A stretch of 64,000 nt of DNA from an uncultured Actinomycetota bacterium (GTDB lineage Bacteria > Actinomycetota > Thermoleophilia > Solirubrobacterales > Solirubrobacteraceae), in the NCBI GenBank assembly GCA_963758035.1, contig CAVWTW010000008.1:34917-98916 (forward strand). Reading direction: 5' to 3'. Made by a program: the position numbers and the translations under genes. How positions within the stretch are numbered: the first letter of the stretch is position 1; each line of letters starts with the position of its first letter. The notes beneath the pieces are model-generated. The model ran no database searches, was not told the DNA's origin, and saw only the letters and a list, made by a program, of their open reading frames with translations. This document shows positions 45,920 to 54,824 of the stretch, in pieces.

Positions 45920-48352
45920 GTGAGCGTCGGGCGAGCCGGCCGGTGCGCCGCCCTGGTGGTCGCCGTCGCCGCGGGGACGATCGTCGGGTTCGGCAACTCC
46001 TCGGCGAGCACAGTGGCGCACCGCCCGGCGGCCACGCCCCAGCCCCAGACCCGCTACTCCCTGGTGCACGGCTGTTACTCGCTGAGCTCACCGTCGCGCG
46101 GTACGCCCATTGCCGCCGGCGTCGGCCCCTTCACGATGCAGGCGGCGGCGCTGGGCGTCTATCTGCTCTACGGACCGCAGGGTGACTATCTCACCGACGA
46201 CGGCACCGGCGCTCTCGCCGGCGCCGGCACGCCCAGCGCCGCCACGGAGTGGACGGTGGACGGGTCCTCGGCGCAGGGGTTCACCATGACCAATGCCGGC
46301 ACGGGCACGCGCCTGCCCGTCATCTTCGTCCCCGCCACCGGCTGCGCCGCCTACCCCGAGGCCCAGGTCGACGCTGTGGGCACGCCGTTCAGCGGCGCCA
46401 GCCCCGAGGCCGACGTGCTCGGCACCGTCGAGGGCCACGCCCACGTCACCGCGTTCGAGTTCCTGGGCGGGGACTGGCACTGCGGCCGGCCGTGGAGCCC
46501 GTTCGGCGTCGTCTACGCGCTGCCCGCAAGCTGCGCCCCCGACGAGCAGGGGACCAACGGCGCGTTCGAGTCGCTCATCGACTACGGCGGAGCGACACGG
46601 CCCACCGACATGCACGGCTGGCCGACGTTCGTGGACTGGCCGAGCCCTACGGCGCTGGCCGAGGAGGGCGACTACTACACCGGCATCGAACGGGCCTGGA
46701 AGGCCGGCCTGCGTCTCATGGTCACCGATCTGGTCGACAACGAGGCGTTGTGCTCGTTGATGACCACGACCCGCAACCCCTGCAACGACATGGACGCGGT
46801 GAAGATCCAGAGCGGGGACCTGTACGCGCTGCAGGACTACATCGACGCCCAGTCGGGCGGACCCGGCAAGGGGTGGTTCCGCATCGTCACCGATCCGTTC
46901 CAGGCGCGCCGGGTGATCAACGAGGGCAAGCTCGCCGTCATCGAGGGCATCGAGGTCTCGCGCATCTTCGGCTGCGGCGAGGTCAACGACGTCCCCCAGT
47001 GCGACGAGTCGCAGATCGACGCGGGGCTCAAGGAGATCCACGATCTCGGCGTCCGCACCTTCTTCCCCATCCACGAGTTCGACAACGCCTTCGGCGGCAC
47101 CAAGATGATCGCCGGTGAGCTCGGGATCGTGGTCAACGCGGGCAACCGCGAGGAGACCGGGAGTTTCTGGACGCTGGCGCCGTGCCCGTCGGAGGACCAG
47201 GACGCGACCCAGATCAACGTCCCGGCCAGCGGTCCGCTGGCCTCGCTGGTCAACGGCCCGCTCGCCTCGCTGCTCCACGGCAGTCAGCTGCCCGTCTACG
47301 GCGACGGCCCGCAGTGCAACGTCCGCGGCATCACAGGCCTCGGGACCTACGTCATCAACCAGATGATCAAGGACCACTACCTCATCCAGCTCGACCACAT
47401 GGACAGTGCCACCGCTACCGCCGCGCTGGCCATCGCCACCGCCCACCACTACTCCGGTGTCATCTCGGCCCACTGCTGCTCCTCGGCGCAGCTCTTCCGC
47501 GGCATCTACGACACCGGCGGCTTCATCAGCCCGCCCGCCGAGCCGGCGCCGGCGTTCGTGGCCACCTGGAAGGCCGACAAGGCCCAGGCCGATCCCAAGT
47601 ACCACTTCGGCTTCGGCTGGGGGTCGGACATGAACGGCCTGGCCGACCAACCCGGGCCGGCGGCGGGCACCCCGATCAGCTACCCCTTCCAGTCCTACGA
47701 CGGCAAGGTGACCTTCACCCAGGAGCAGTGGGGCGACCGGACCTTCAACCTCAACACCGACGGTCTCGCCAACTACGGGATGTACGCCGACTGGCTGCAC
47801 GATCTCCAGGTCGTCGGTGGCAACCAGATGATGGGCGACATGTTCCAGGGGGCCGAGGCCTACCTCGAGACCTGGGAGCGCGCCGACGGCGTCCCCGCCA
47901 CGAGCTGCCTGCCCACCCGGGGACGCTTGAGCGCGACCGGCCTGGGCCGGGCGCTGCGCCTCGGGGACACCGCCCAGGCCGCGCTGTTCCGTGGCGGGCA
48001 GCCGGTCTCGCGGCCCGGGCGCTCCTTCCGCTACTGCGTGAGCGGCCCGGCCGCTCGCGGTGCCCGGGTGGCCAGCGTGTTCAACGCCGCCGGCCGGGTG
48101 GCGCTGATCGCCACCACGGGCCGCGGGGAGAAGGCCCACGGCATCGCCCGCGGTGCGACGATGGCGCGGCTCAAGCAGCGCGGGGCGACACGGCTGGCCT
48201 CCGGGTTGTGGCAGGAGCGCCGGCTGGCTCGCGGAGCGCGTTACCTCTACGGCGTGCGCGGGGGCCGGGTCCGCTACGTCGCTGTCGTGGGTGCGGGCGA
48301 GCTGCGCAACGTGTCGCGCCTGCGCGCGGACCTCGGCGCTGCCGGTCTCTAG
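45920..48352 (+). CDS. large secreted protein with a renal-dipeptidase (M19)/amidohydrolase-like core; function unknown
   Basis: Signal peptide. VEGHAHVTAFEFLGG (HxH-type metal motif), GKLAVIEGIEVSRIFG and LKEIHDLGVRTFFPIHEFDNAFGG resemble the M19 blocks DGHND / GKIA...GVEGG / LGVRY.TLTHN. Several conserved Cys pairs. The assignment is tentative. Confidence 0.45.
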   Translation: MSVGRAGRCAALVVAVAAGTIVGFGNSSASTVAHRPAATPQPQTRYSLVHGCYSLSSPSRGTPIAAGVGPFTMQAAALGVYLLYGPQGDYLTDDGTGALAGAGTPSAATEWTVDGSSAQGFTMTNAGTGTRLPVIFVPATGCAAYPEAQVDAVGTPFSGASPEADVLGTVEGHAHVTAFEFLGGDWHCGRPWSPFGVVYALPASCAPDEQGTNGAFESLIDYGGATRPTDMHGWPTFVDWPSPTALAEEGDYYTGIERAWKAGLRLMVTDLVDNEALCSLMTTTRNPCNDMDAVKIQSGDLYALQDYIDAQSGGPGKGWFRIVTDPFQARRVINEGKLAVIEGIEVSRIFGCGEVNDVPQCDESQIDAGLKEIHDLGVRTFFPIHEFDNAFGGTKMIAGELGIVVNAGNREETGSFWTLAPCPSEDQDATQINVPASGPLASLVNGPLASLLHGSQLPVYGDGPQCNVRGITGLGTYVINQMIKDHYLIQLDHMDSATATAALAIATAHHYSGVISAHCCSSAQLFRGIYDTGGFISPPAEPAPAFVATWKADKAQADPKYHFGFGWGSDMNGLADQPGPAAGTPISYPFQSYDGKVTFTQEQWGDRTFNLNTDGLANYGMYADWLHDLQVVGGNQMMGDMFQGAEAYLETWERADGVPATSCLPTRGRLSATGLGRALRLGDTAQAALFRGGQPVSRPGRSFRYCVSGPAARGARVASVFNAAGRVALIATTGRGEKAHGIARGATMARLKQRGATRLASGLWQERRLARGARYLYGVRGGRVRYVAVVGAGELRNVSRLRADLGAAGL

Positions 48353-48400
48353 TCCAACCCGGGCGGGCACCCCGGCCCCCGACCGCCCCGCCCTTGAGAC

Positions 48401-48439
48401 GTGCGCGATTTTTCCAACATAGCTGGAAAGATCGCGCAC
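48401..48439. terminator. 16-bp-stem hairpin between convergent genes (bidirectional terminator candidate)
   Basis: GTGCGCGATTTTTCCA-(ACATAGC)-TGGAAAGATCGCGCAC with one G-U pair. No flanking U tract. Confidence 0.4.
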
Positions 48440-48473
48440 GACGGATCAGTCGCGGTCCCCCCGGCCCCACCGA

Positions 48474-48505
48474 CCGCGGAGCCGCGGAGCCGCGGAGCCG
48501 CGGAG
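48474..48505. repeat. perfect 8-bp microsatellite (CCGCGGAG)x4
   Basis: Read directly. Non-coding, 8 nt from the stop of the CocE/NonD gene. It creates four SacII-type CCGCGG palindromes. Confidence 0.9.
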
Positions 48506-48513
48506 TCAACCGG

Positions 48514-50667
48514 CTAGCCGAGCGTCTCGAACGTGAGCGACGAGGGCGCGGAGGCCGAGCGGCCGATGGTGTAGACGCCGCCGACGAGCTTGGGGAGGTC
48601 CGCCGGCACCGGTGTGAGGTGCGGCGTGTCGGCCGTGGAGAGGGTGAGCCGCAGGCTGTCTCCCGAGGCGATCGTGACCAGCGTCGGGAAGATCTGGATC
48701 TGGTACTCAGTCATCGTGCCGGGGCTCACCGGCTTGGCCGACCCCTGCGTGTACGGGTGATAGGGGAGCACGGTCATGCCGTGGGCGGTCCACGACCGGC
48801 TCTGCTTCACCGCGCGCAACGACCCGAGCAGGGCGCCCTCCGTGAGCGGATAGGAGGTGCCGTCCGGGGTGACCTCCTCCAACTCGGCCACGAGCTGGGT
48901 CTCTGAGGTGGTTGCGCTGGCGTAGACGGTGGCGGTGACCGGACCGGCGAGCGTCGCGGCGCGGGTGAGCGGCGCCGAGGTGTAGCTGGTGGCCCACGGC
49001 CCGATCTGGGCGAGCCGGTCGTCGGTGGCGCACGGGGCCAGGAAGCCGGCGGACCCCGCGGGGACCGACAGGCCGCCCATCGACCACTGGTCCAGCGGGC
49101 GCCCGCACGGCACGCCGCTCGGGCTCCACACGAGCGTGTCGGCAGTCGCGGCGGGCGGCGTGGGCAGCGGGACGGACGGCGTGGGCAGCGGCACGGGCGG
49201 CGTGGGCAGCGGCAGGCCGGGGATCGGCGAGGACGAGGTGCCGCTGCCGGAGCCCGACGGCGCCGCCGAGGTGAGCGTCCCGCCCGTGCCGAAGTACAGG
49301 CGGGAGGGCGTCGCGCCGGTGAAGGGGTAGGTCGAGGTTTCATGGAACGCGCCGCTGCCCAGGTCGTAGTAGTGCAGCGGGGTGTGCGTCCGCGCCATGC
49401 CGGTCTTCTCGCCCTTGAGCCACGTGTCGAACCACTCGAGCTCCAGCGGGTCGACGTCGACCGACGAGCCGTTGAGGTGTTCCCACGGCCCGACGATCAG
49501 CTGGTAGCGACCGGTGGTCCGCTGGCCGGGCTGCATCGGCGCCGTGGTCGAGCGGTGGGCCCAGGCGTTCTGGAGCTCGGCATAGTTGACCGGCTCGCCG
49601 TTCTGGAAGATGTCGAACTCGCCCCCGACCATGTACGCGGGAATGTGGTTGGCCGCGATGCGTGCGAGCACGTTCTGCGGGTTACGGGCCTGCCAGTAGG
49701 CGCCGTCGAACGCCTCGTCGCCGCCGCTGAGGATGTTCGCGGTCGCCGCCGCGTGATAGCTCGCGAGCCCGTTGGCATGGTCGGCCTCGACGCCGGCGAG
49801 ATCGGAGAGCAGGGTGGGGTCCGACGCGGCGTCGCTGAGCGGGGTGGCGGTGTTCAGCGCGCCCGTGAGGCCCAGGTAGGTCTCGGCGAACTCGAAGTCC
49901 AGCAGCCCGCCCATGAACGACGTGTCGCGATAGATGTCGTTGGCGGGCACCATCGGGAAGATCGCCTTCAGCGGCGAGTGCCGACCCACCGCCCCGGCCA
50001 GGAGCAGCTGGTCGATGCCCAGATAGGACGGGCCGTAGGTCCCGACCTTGCCGTCGGCATGGGGGAGGTGAGCGGCCCACTTGAGCACCTTGATCGCATC
50101 CCGCTGCTGGATCGGGTCAAACAGGCCCCAGCTCCCATTGGAGTCGCCGGTCCCCCGCACGTCCTCCACCACCTCGATGTAGCCGCGCTGAACCAGGTAG
50201 TTGTCCGCGCCGCCCGTCGCCGCGCCGCTGGACGGCGACGACGCCGACCCGGCGGCGCTCGAGCCCCCTTGCCCCTTGCCGTAGGGCGTCATGGTCAGCA
50301 GGACCGGGAACGGCCCCTTGGCGGGCTGGCCGGACGCGGTCGTGGGATAGATCTCGTTGACGCGGATCGTCGTCCCACCGGCGCCGGTGACCGCGATGTC
50401 GTTGGTCGACGCCGACCCGTACACCGCCTTCTCCGCGCTCCAGTGACTGCCCGGGGCGGCGCTGGCGGAGATCACGTCGGGGGGCAGTTCGGGGTCGAGC
50501 CCCACCAGGCTGGACGGGGCCGACTCCACGGCCGGGGCGCCCGGCGGAGGCGACGGCGTCACGGCCAGCGCTGAGCCCGAGCCCAGGCCGGCACAGGCGC
50601 AGACGGTGGCTCCCAGCGCCAGAGCTCGCAGTCGCGCGGGGATGCGTCGGGAGGACAGCGTCGCCAT
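48514..50667 (-). CDS. secreted CocE/NonD-family (S15 X-Pro dipeptidyl-peptidase-like) hydrolase
   Basis: Signal peptide. PVLLTMTPYGKG, DVRGTGDSNGSW and GTYGPSYLG (GxSYxG nucleophile), with a C-terminal beta-sandwich domain and an internal Pro-rich repeat linker. Confidence 0.85.
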   Translation of the reverse strand: MATLSSRRIPARLRALALGATVCACAGLGSGSALAVTPSPPPGAPAVESAPSSLVGLDPELPPDVISASAAPGSHWSAEKAVYGSASTNDIAVTGAGGTTIRVNEIYPTTASGQPAKGPFPVLLTMTPYGKGQGGSSAAGSASSPSSGAATGGADNYLVQRGYIEVVEDVRGTGDSNGSWGLFDPIQQRDAIKVLKWAAHLPHADGKVGTYGPSYLGIDQLLLAGAVGRHSPLKAIFPMVPANDIYRDTSFMGGLLDFEFAETYLGLTGALNTATPLSDAASDPTLLSDLAGVEADHANGLASYHAAATANILSGGDEAFDGAYWQARNPQNVLARIAANHIPAYMVGGEFDIFQNGEPVNYAELQNAWAHRSTTAPMQPGQRTTGRYQLIVGPWEHLNGSSVDVDPLELEWFDTWLKGEKTGMARTHTPLHYYDLGSGAFHETSTYPFTGATPSRLYFGTGGTLTSAAPSGSGSGTSSSPIPGLPLPTPPVPLPTPSVPLPTPPAATADTLVWSPSGVPCGRPLDQWSMGGLSVPAGSAGFLAPCATDDRLAQIGPWATSYTSAPLTRAATLAGPVTATVYASATTSETQLVAELEEVTPDGTSYPLTEGALLGSLRAVKQSRSWTAHGMTVLPYHPYTQGSAKPVSPGTMTEYQIQIFPTLVTIASGDSLRLTLSTADTPHLTPVPADLPKLVGGVYTIGRSASAPSSLTFETLG
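49157..49219 (-). repeat. 21-bp coding tandem repeat x3 (GGCGTGGGCAGCGGNACGGNC), encodes (PLPTPPV)-type linker
   Basis: Read directly; the protein reads LPLPTPPVPLPTPSVPLPTPP. Confidence 0.85.
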
Positions 50668-50756
50668 CTCACCGCAGCAGTACCCGAAGCACCATTTTTC
50701 TAGTCATTGGCCGGTGGGGACGCCACTACCGTTGTTGATGACGACCACGACGCGAG

Positions 50757-51431
50757 GTGACGATGACCCAGCGCGACATGTTCACCCAGACCTACTGGGA
50801 CGACCGCTACGCCGGCCACCGGCACGTATGGAGCGGGCGGCCCAATCCGTACCTGCTCACCGAGGCCGGCGAGCTAACGCCGGGCCGGGCGATCGACGTC
50901 GGCTGCGGGGAGGGGGGCGACGCGATCTGGCTGGCCGGGGAGGGGTGGGAGGTGACCGGCGCCGACGTGTCGCCGGTGGGCCTCGAGCGCGCTGCGGCCA
51001 ACGCCAAGGCCGCCGGCGCCGAGATCGCTCAGCGGATCACCTGGCGCCAGGTCGACCTGTTCGCCGATGAGTGGACGCCGCTCGGCAGCTACGAGCTCGT
51101 CACCTCGCAGTACCTGCACCTCCCGCCGGAGGGCCGCCGGCGGTCGATGCAGCGCCTGGCGGACGGCGTGGCCTCCGGCGGCGACCTGCTCGTCGCCGCC
51201 CACCACCCGTCGGACCTCGAGATCCCCGGCCTGCGTCCGAACGTGCCCGAGCTGTTCTGCACCGCCGAGGAGCTGGCCGCGTTGCTGGACCCGGAGGCCT
51301 GGGAGATCGTGACCGCCGCGGCGCCCGAGCGCACCGTCGACGGGCCCGAGGGCGCGCCGGTCACCATCCGCGACACGGTGCTGCACGCGCGTCGCCGGCC
51401 CGAGCGCGTGAACGGGGCCGAGGATGCCTGA
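50757..51431 (+). CDS. class I SAM-dependent methyltransferase
   Basis: Motif I AIDVGCGEGGDAIWLA and an acidic post-I residue (VTGADVS). Confidence 0.85.
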   Translation: MTMTQRDMFTQTYWDDRYAGHRHVWSGRPNPYLLTEAGELTPGRAIDVGCGEGGDAIWLAGEGWEVTGADVSPVGLERAAANAKAAGAEIAQRITWRQVDLFADEWTPLGSYELVTSQYLHLPPEGRRRSMQRLADGVASGGDLLVAAHHPSDLEIPGLRPNVPELFCTAEELAALLDPEAWEIVTAAAPERTVDGPEGAPVTIRDTVLHARRRPERVNGAEDA

Positions 51432-51813
51432 GGCCTACACGCAGCTCAACCTCGCCGACGTCGAGGATGCCGCTCCGGCGAACGGGTTCGGAGAACGCTG
51501 GGAGGCGCGAGTCGCCCGCACGCCGCTCGACGCCGAGCAGACCGGGGTCACTCACTTCCGCCTGCACCCGGGCAAACGCTCCCCGTTCGCGCATCGCCAC
51601 ACCCAGGCCGAGGAGGTCTATGTGATCCTCGCCGGCAGCGGCCAGATCAAGCTCGGCGACGAGTTGCGCGACGTGCATACCCTCGACGCGATCCGGGTGC
51701 GCGCCGACGTGAGGCGGGCCCTCGAGGCCGGCCCCGACGGCCTCGAGTTCCTGGTGGTGGGCCCCCACTTCGAAAATGACGGGGAACCGGTCGACGACCC
51801 CTGGGTCGCCTGA
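51424..51813 (+). CDS. cupin-domain protein
   Basis: G(X)5HxH-like HRHTQAEEVYVILAGSG...; 8-nt overlap with the methyltransferase gene. Confidence 0.75.
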   Translation: MPEAYTQLNLADVEDAAPANGFGERWEARVARTPLDAEQTGVTHFRLHPGKRSPFAHRHTQAEEVYVILAGSGQIKLGDELRDVHTLDAIRVRADVRRALEAGPDGLEFLVVGPHFENDGEPVDDPWVA

Positions 51814-51827
51814 GGGCGGCCGCGCCG

Positions 51828-52706
51828 CTAGACCTGAACCACCGAGTCAAACGGGGCCGGAGTCTCGCCTGACTCGAACAGGCTGCGCTCGCGCATCCAC
51901 TGCTGCGAGCGGTCATAGGAGTCCGCGGTGTACGGGAGGAACACGATCCGCTCACCCGGCCCGAAGCGCCGCACATCGATCATGGCGTGGAAGCGCTCGG
52001 GGATCTCCTTGAGGTAGTGCTGCTTGTAGGGCTCGGGCCGGAGGTCGAGCTCCATCTGGGCGCGCTTGAGGGCGTTGAAGTACTTCTCGACGTCGGCGGG
52101 CTCGGTGTCGAAGTCGAACATGAAGCCGGCCATGAACGTGGTGTCCAGGATCTTCCGGCAGCCCTGCTGCTCGACGATGTAGGTCGGGGCACTCCAGATC
52201 GCCGCGGCCGGCACCGTGCCGGAGAGCAGCGCGTCCACTCGGTCATACGGCATGCCACCGAAGCGCAGCTTGATGTCCTGTTCGCCCAGGAACGGCTCGA
52301 GGGCCTGGATCGTCGAGAAATGGCTGCCCGAGTGGTAGCCCACGGCGACGTCGACGCCCGCCAGGTCCTCGGGCCCCTGGATGTGAGAGTCCGCGCGTAC
52401 GTAGATGGCGCTGGGCAGGACGGCGTAGCAGCGTCCCCACATGCGTCCGGCCGCGTCGCCGGCAGCCTGGTTGACCGCCCAGTGACAGGCGCAGCTCATG
52501 CCCTTCTTGCCGCCGCCCCCGACGCGGTAGAGCTCGTAGGCGCCGGTCTTCACGTCCTCCTGACCGGTGGGCTCGATGTCCTGGTCGGTGTTCTGCTGGG
52601 CCCGGACGTCGAGCTCGTAGTCCAAGCCCTCATCCTCGAAGTAGCCGTTCTCCACGGCGATCCAGTCCTGCAGCCGGCCGTGTGTCGAGATCTGGAACCG
52701 TCCCAT
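51828..52706 (-). CDS. cytoplasmic periplasmic-binding-protein-fold (NMT1/THI5/SsuA-like) protein, function unknown
   Basis: No signal peptide. I start at MGRFQISTHG (ATG 52706). DWIAVENGYFEDEGLD and VDVAVGYHSGSHF resemble NMT1/SsuA-type domains. Confidence 0.45.
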   Translation of the reverse strand: MGRFQISTHGRLQDWIAVENGYFEDEGLDYELDVRAQQNTDQDIEPTGQEDVKTGAYELYRVGGGGKKGMSCACHWAVNQAAGDAAGRMWGRCYAVLPSAIYVRADSHIQGPEDLAGVDVAVGYHSGSHFSTIQALEPFLGEQDIKLRFGGMPYDRVDALLSGTVPAAAIWSAPTYIVEQQGCRKILDTTFMAGFMFDFDTEPADVEKYFNALKRAQMELDLRPEPYKQHYLKEIPERFHAMIDVRRFGPGERIVFLPYTADSYDRSQQWMRERSLFESGETPAPFDSVVQV

Positions 52707-52835
52707 CGGCGTCTCCCTCCAGTCGCGTCGCAAACTCTCGCGTCCAACCTAGTGGACGGGCGGCATACGCCGCCTCTCTACCGTTCATTGTCGTACCTGA
52801 GTTGGACTGAGGAGGGGAGTGGCAATGCCTGTGAC

Positions 52836-53231
52836 CTATGACGCGTCGGCGAACGAGTGGTGCTCGTGGGTCACGATCCAGCGCCCGTCCTCCTTGCGCA
52901 GCCCGATGGTGAGGCGCAGCCGGTGCTCCGGGTGGCGCTCGAGCGCCTCGGGCGTGTCGCAGCGGAGCAGCGCAAAGGCGAAGGCGACATCGGCTCCGGC
53001 GGTGACCTCGAGCGACTCGATCTCGAATAGTGCGCCCGATGCCTGCCAGTCAAAGAAGCCCGGCCACGTCGCGCGGTATGCGTCCAGGCCGCGAACCCCC
53101 TGCTCGGGCGGGGGCACGTCGAACATGACGATGTCGGGACCGTGGTCCTCCAGGACCACCGCCATGTCGCCGCGGTGGACCGCCTGCGCCCAACGCTCGA
53201 TGAGCTCACGGATGTGCTGGGTGTCAGTCAT
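52836..53231 (-). CDS. SnoaL-like/DUF4440 (NTF2-fold) protein
   Basis: IRELIERWAQAVHRGDMAVVLE...RLTIGLRKEDGRWIVTHEHHS is a typical ketosteroid-isomerase-like pattern. Confidence 0.8.
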   Translation of the reverse strand: MTDTQHIRELIERWAQAVHRGDMAVVLEDHGPDIVMFDVPPPEQGVRGLDAYRATWPGFFDWQASGALFEIESLEVTAGADVAFAFALLRCDTPEALERHPEHRLRLTIGLRKEDGRWIVTHEHHSFADAS

Positions 53232-53311
53232 GGTGCCTCCTGGGTTGACCGTGTGTCGACCGTGAAACCCCGGGTGCGGCGAAAACTCATCGCGGCCGCG
53301 ATCATGAGCGC

Positions 53312-54262
53312 ATGAGCTCGGTTCTGCTGGACGCCGCGCGCTCGGGGGATCCCCAGGCGTTCGAGACGCTCGTCGCGCCCCACCGCTCGGAGCTGCAGGC
53401 CCACTGCTACCGCATGCTCGGCTCCCTGCACGACGCCGAGGATGCGCTGCAGGAGACGCTGGTCCGGGCCTGGCGCGGCGTGCACGGTCTCGATGACCGC
53501 GGCTTCGTCCGCGCCTGGCTGTTCAAGATCGCCACCAACCGCTGCCTCACCGCGCTGGAGCGGCGCGGCCGGCGCGAGCTTCCCGTCGACGTGTCGCCCG
53601 ACACGCCGGCCACGGAGATCAGCTGGCTCGAGCCCTACCCGGACACGATGCCCGAGGGACGGATCATGGCTCGCGAGTCGATCGAGCTCGCCTACGTCGC
53701 CGCGCTCCAGCACCTCTCGCCGGTGCAGCGTGCGACCCTGATCCTCCGCGAGGTGCTGGGGTTCTCGGCCGCGGAGGTGGCCGACCTGCTCGACACGTCC
53801 GCGGCGTCGGTCAACAGCGCGCTCCAGCGGGCCCGCAAGGCGGTGGACTCCACCGCCGACACGCAGCAGACGGTCCTCGGCGACCTGGGCGACGACTCGA
53901 TCTCGGAGCTGGTGCAGCGCTGGGCGGACGCGTGGGAGGCCGCCGACGTCGACACCATCGTCTCGATGCTCGCCGAGGACGCACGCTTCTCGATGCCACC
54001 GTGGCTCGAGTGGTATCACGGCCATGACGCCATCCGGACGTTCCTGGTGGACGGCCCACTGCGCTCGCAGTGGCGCTTCGTCCCCACCACCGCCAACGGC
54101 CAGCTGGCCTTCGGCACCTACATGTGGGAGGACGAGGCCGAGGCGTTCGTCCCCGGAGGCCTGGACGTGCTGACGATCCGCGACGGCCGCGTGGCGGAGG
54201 TGACCGTCTTCCTCGAGGCCGACCTCACGCTGTTCGGCCTGCCCGGACGGCTCTTGGCCTAG
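53312..54262 (+). CDS. ECF sigma factor with fused C-terminal SnoaL_2/NTF2 domain (SigG-like)
   Basis: FETLVAPHRSELQAHCYRMLGSLHDAEDALQETLVRAW (sigma2), LSPVQRATLILREVLGFSAAEVADLL (sigma4), the linker LEPYPD, then an NTF2-like domain (WADAWEAADVDTIVSMLAEDARF). Confidence 0.88.
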   Translation: MSSVLLDAARSGDPQAFETLVAPHRSELQAHCYRMLGSLHDAEDALQETLVRAWRGVHGLDDRGFVRAWLFKIATNRCLTALERRGRRELPVDVSPDTPATEISWLEPYPDTMPEGRIMARESIELAYVAALQHLSPVQRATLILREVLGFSAAEVADLLDTSAASVNSALQRARKAVDSTADTQQTVLGDLGDDSISELVQRWADAWEAADVDTIVSMLAEDARFSMPPWLEWYHGHDAIRTFLVDGPLRSQWRFVPTTANGQLAFGTYMWEDEAEAFVPGGLDVLTIRDGRVAEVTVFLEADLTLFGLPGRLLA

Positions 54263-54314
54263 CCGCGCCGAGACCCCCGCGGAATCGTCCCCACGCCGCG
54301 CTAGCGTCCCGCCC

Positions 54315-54824
54315 ATGCTCCCGTTCCCCACGGCGTTGGGCACCTGCGCGATCGGCTGGAGCGACGCGGGCATCACCGGCGTCCTGCTCCCGGGTAGCCC
54401 TGGCCTGCCCCGGCGGCCTGGCCTCGGGCGGCCCGAGGTGCCGGAGGCCATCTCCGACACGATCGCGGCGATCGTGGCGCTCCTGGAGGGTGAGCACGCC
54501 GACCTACGCGGAGTGGCCCTCGACGAGACCGGCATCGACCCGTTCCGGCGCAGCGTCTACGCCGCCACGCGTGAGATCCCGCCAGGCGTGACGGCCAGCT
54601 ACGGCGACATCGCCCGCGCCATCGACAAGCCCGACGCTCCGCGCGCGGTCGGCCACGCGCTGGGGGAGAACCCCTTCCCGATCGTCGTCCCCTGCCACCG
54701 CGTGCTGTCCTCCAGCGGAGCGCTCCACGGCTTTTCGGCGCCGGGTGGCATCGCCACCAAGCGCCGCATGCTGGAGATCGAGCGCGCGCCCGGCTTCACC
54801 CAGCTCTCGCTGTTGCGCGCCTGA
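54315..54824 (+). CDS. ogt: methylated-DNA--protein-cysteine methyltransferase
   Basis: Active site IVVPCHRVL, plus YGDIA and NPFPIVVPCHRV. Confidence 0.92.
   Translation: MLPFPTALGTCAIGWSDAGITGVLLPGSPGLPRRPGLGRPEVPEAISDTIAAIVALLEGEHADLRGVALDETGIDPFRRSVYAATREIPPGVTASYGDIARAIDKPDAPRAVGHALGENPFPIVVPCHRVLSSSGALHGFSAPGGIATKRRMLEIERAPGFTQLSLLRA

Noticed and set aside
46088-48439. Very long antisense ORFs in the supplied track. Examples: 46088..48439 (783 aa), 59690..61258 (522 aa), 27858..29570 (570 aa), 4963..5961, 9123..10100, 13193..14164 and 57943..59508.
   Set aside because: Each lies opposite a gene with clear family motifs. Their products are Arg/Gly/Asp/His/Pro-rich with no motifs. Stop-codon-poor antisense frames are expected at this GC content, so these are shadow ORFs and not overlapping genes.
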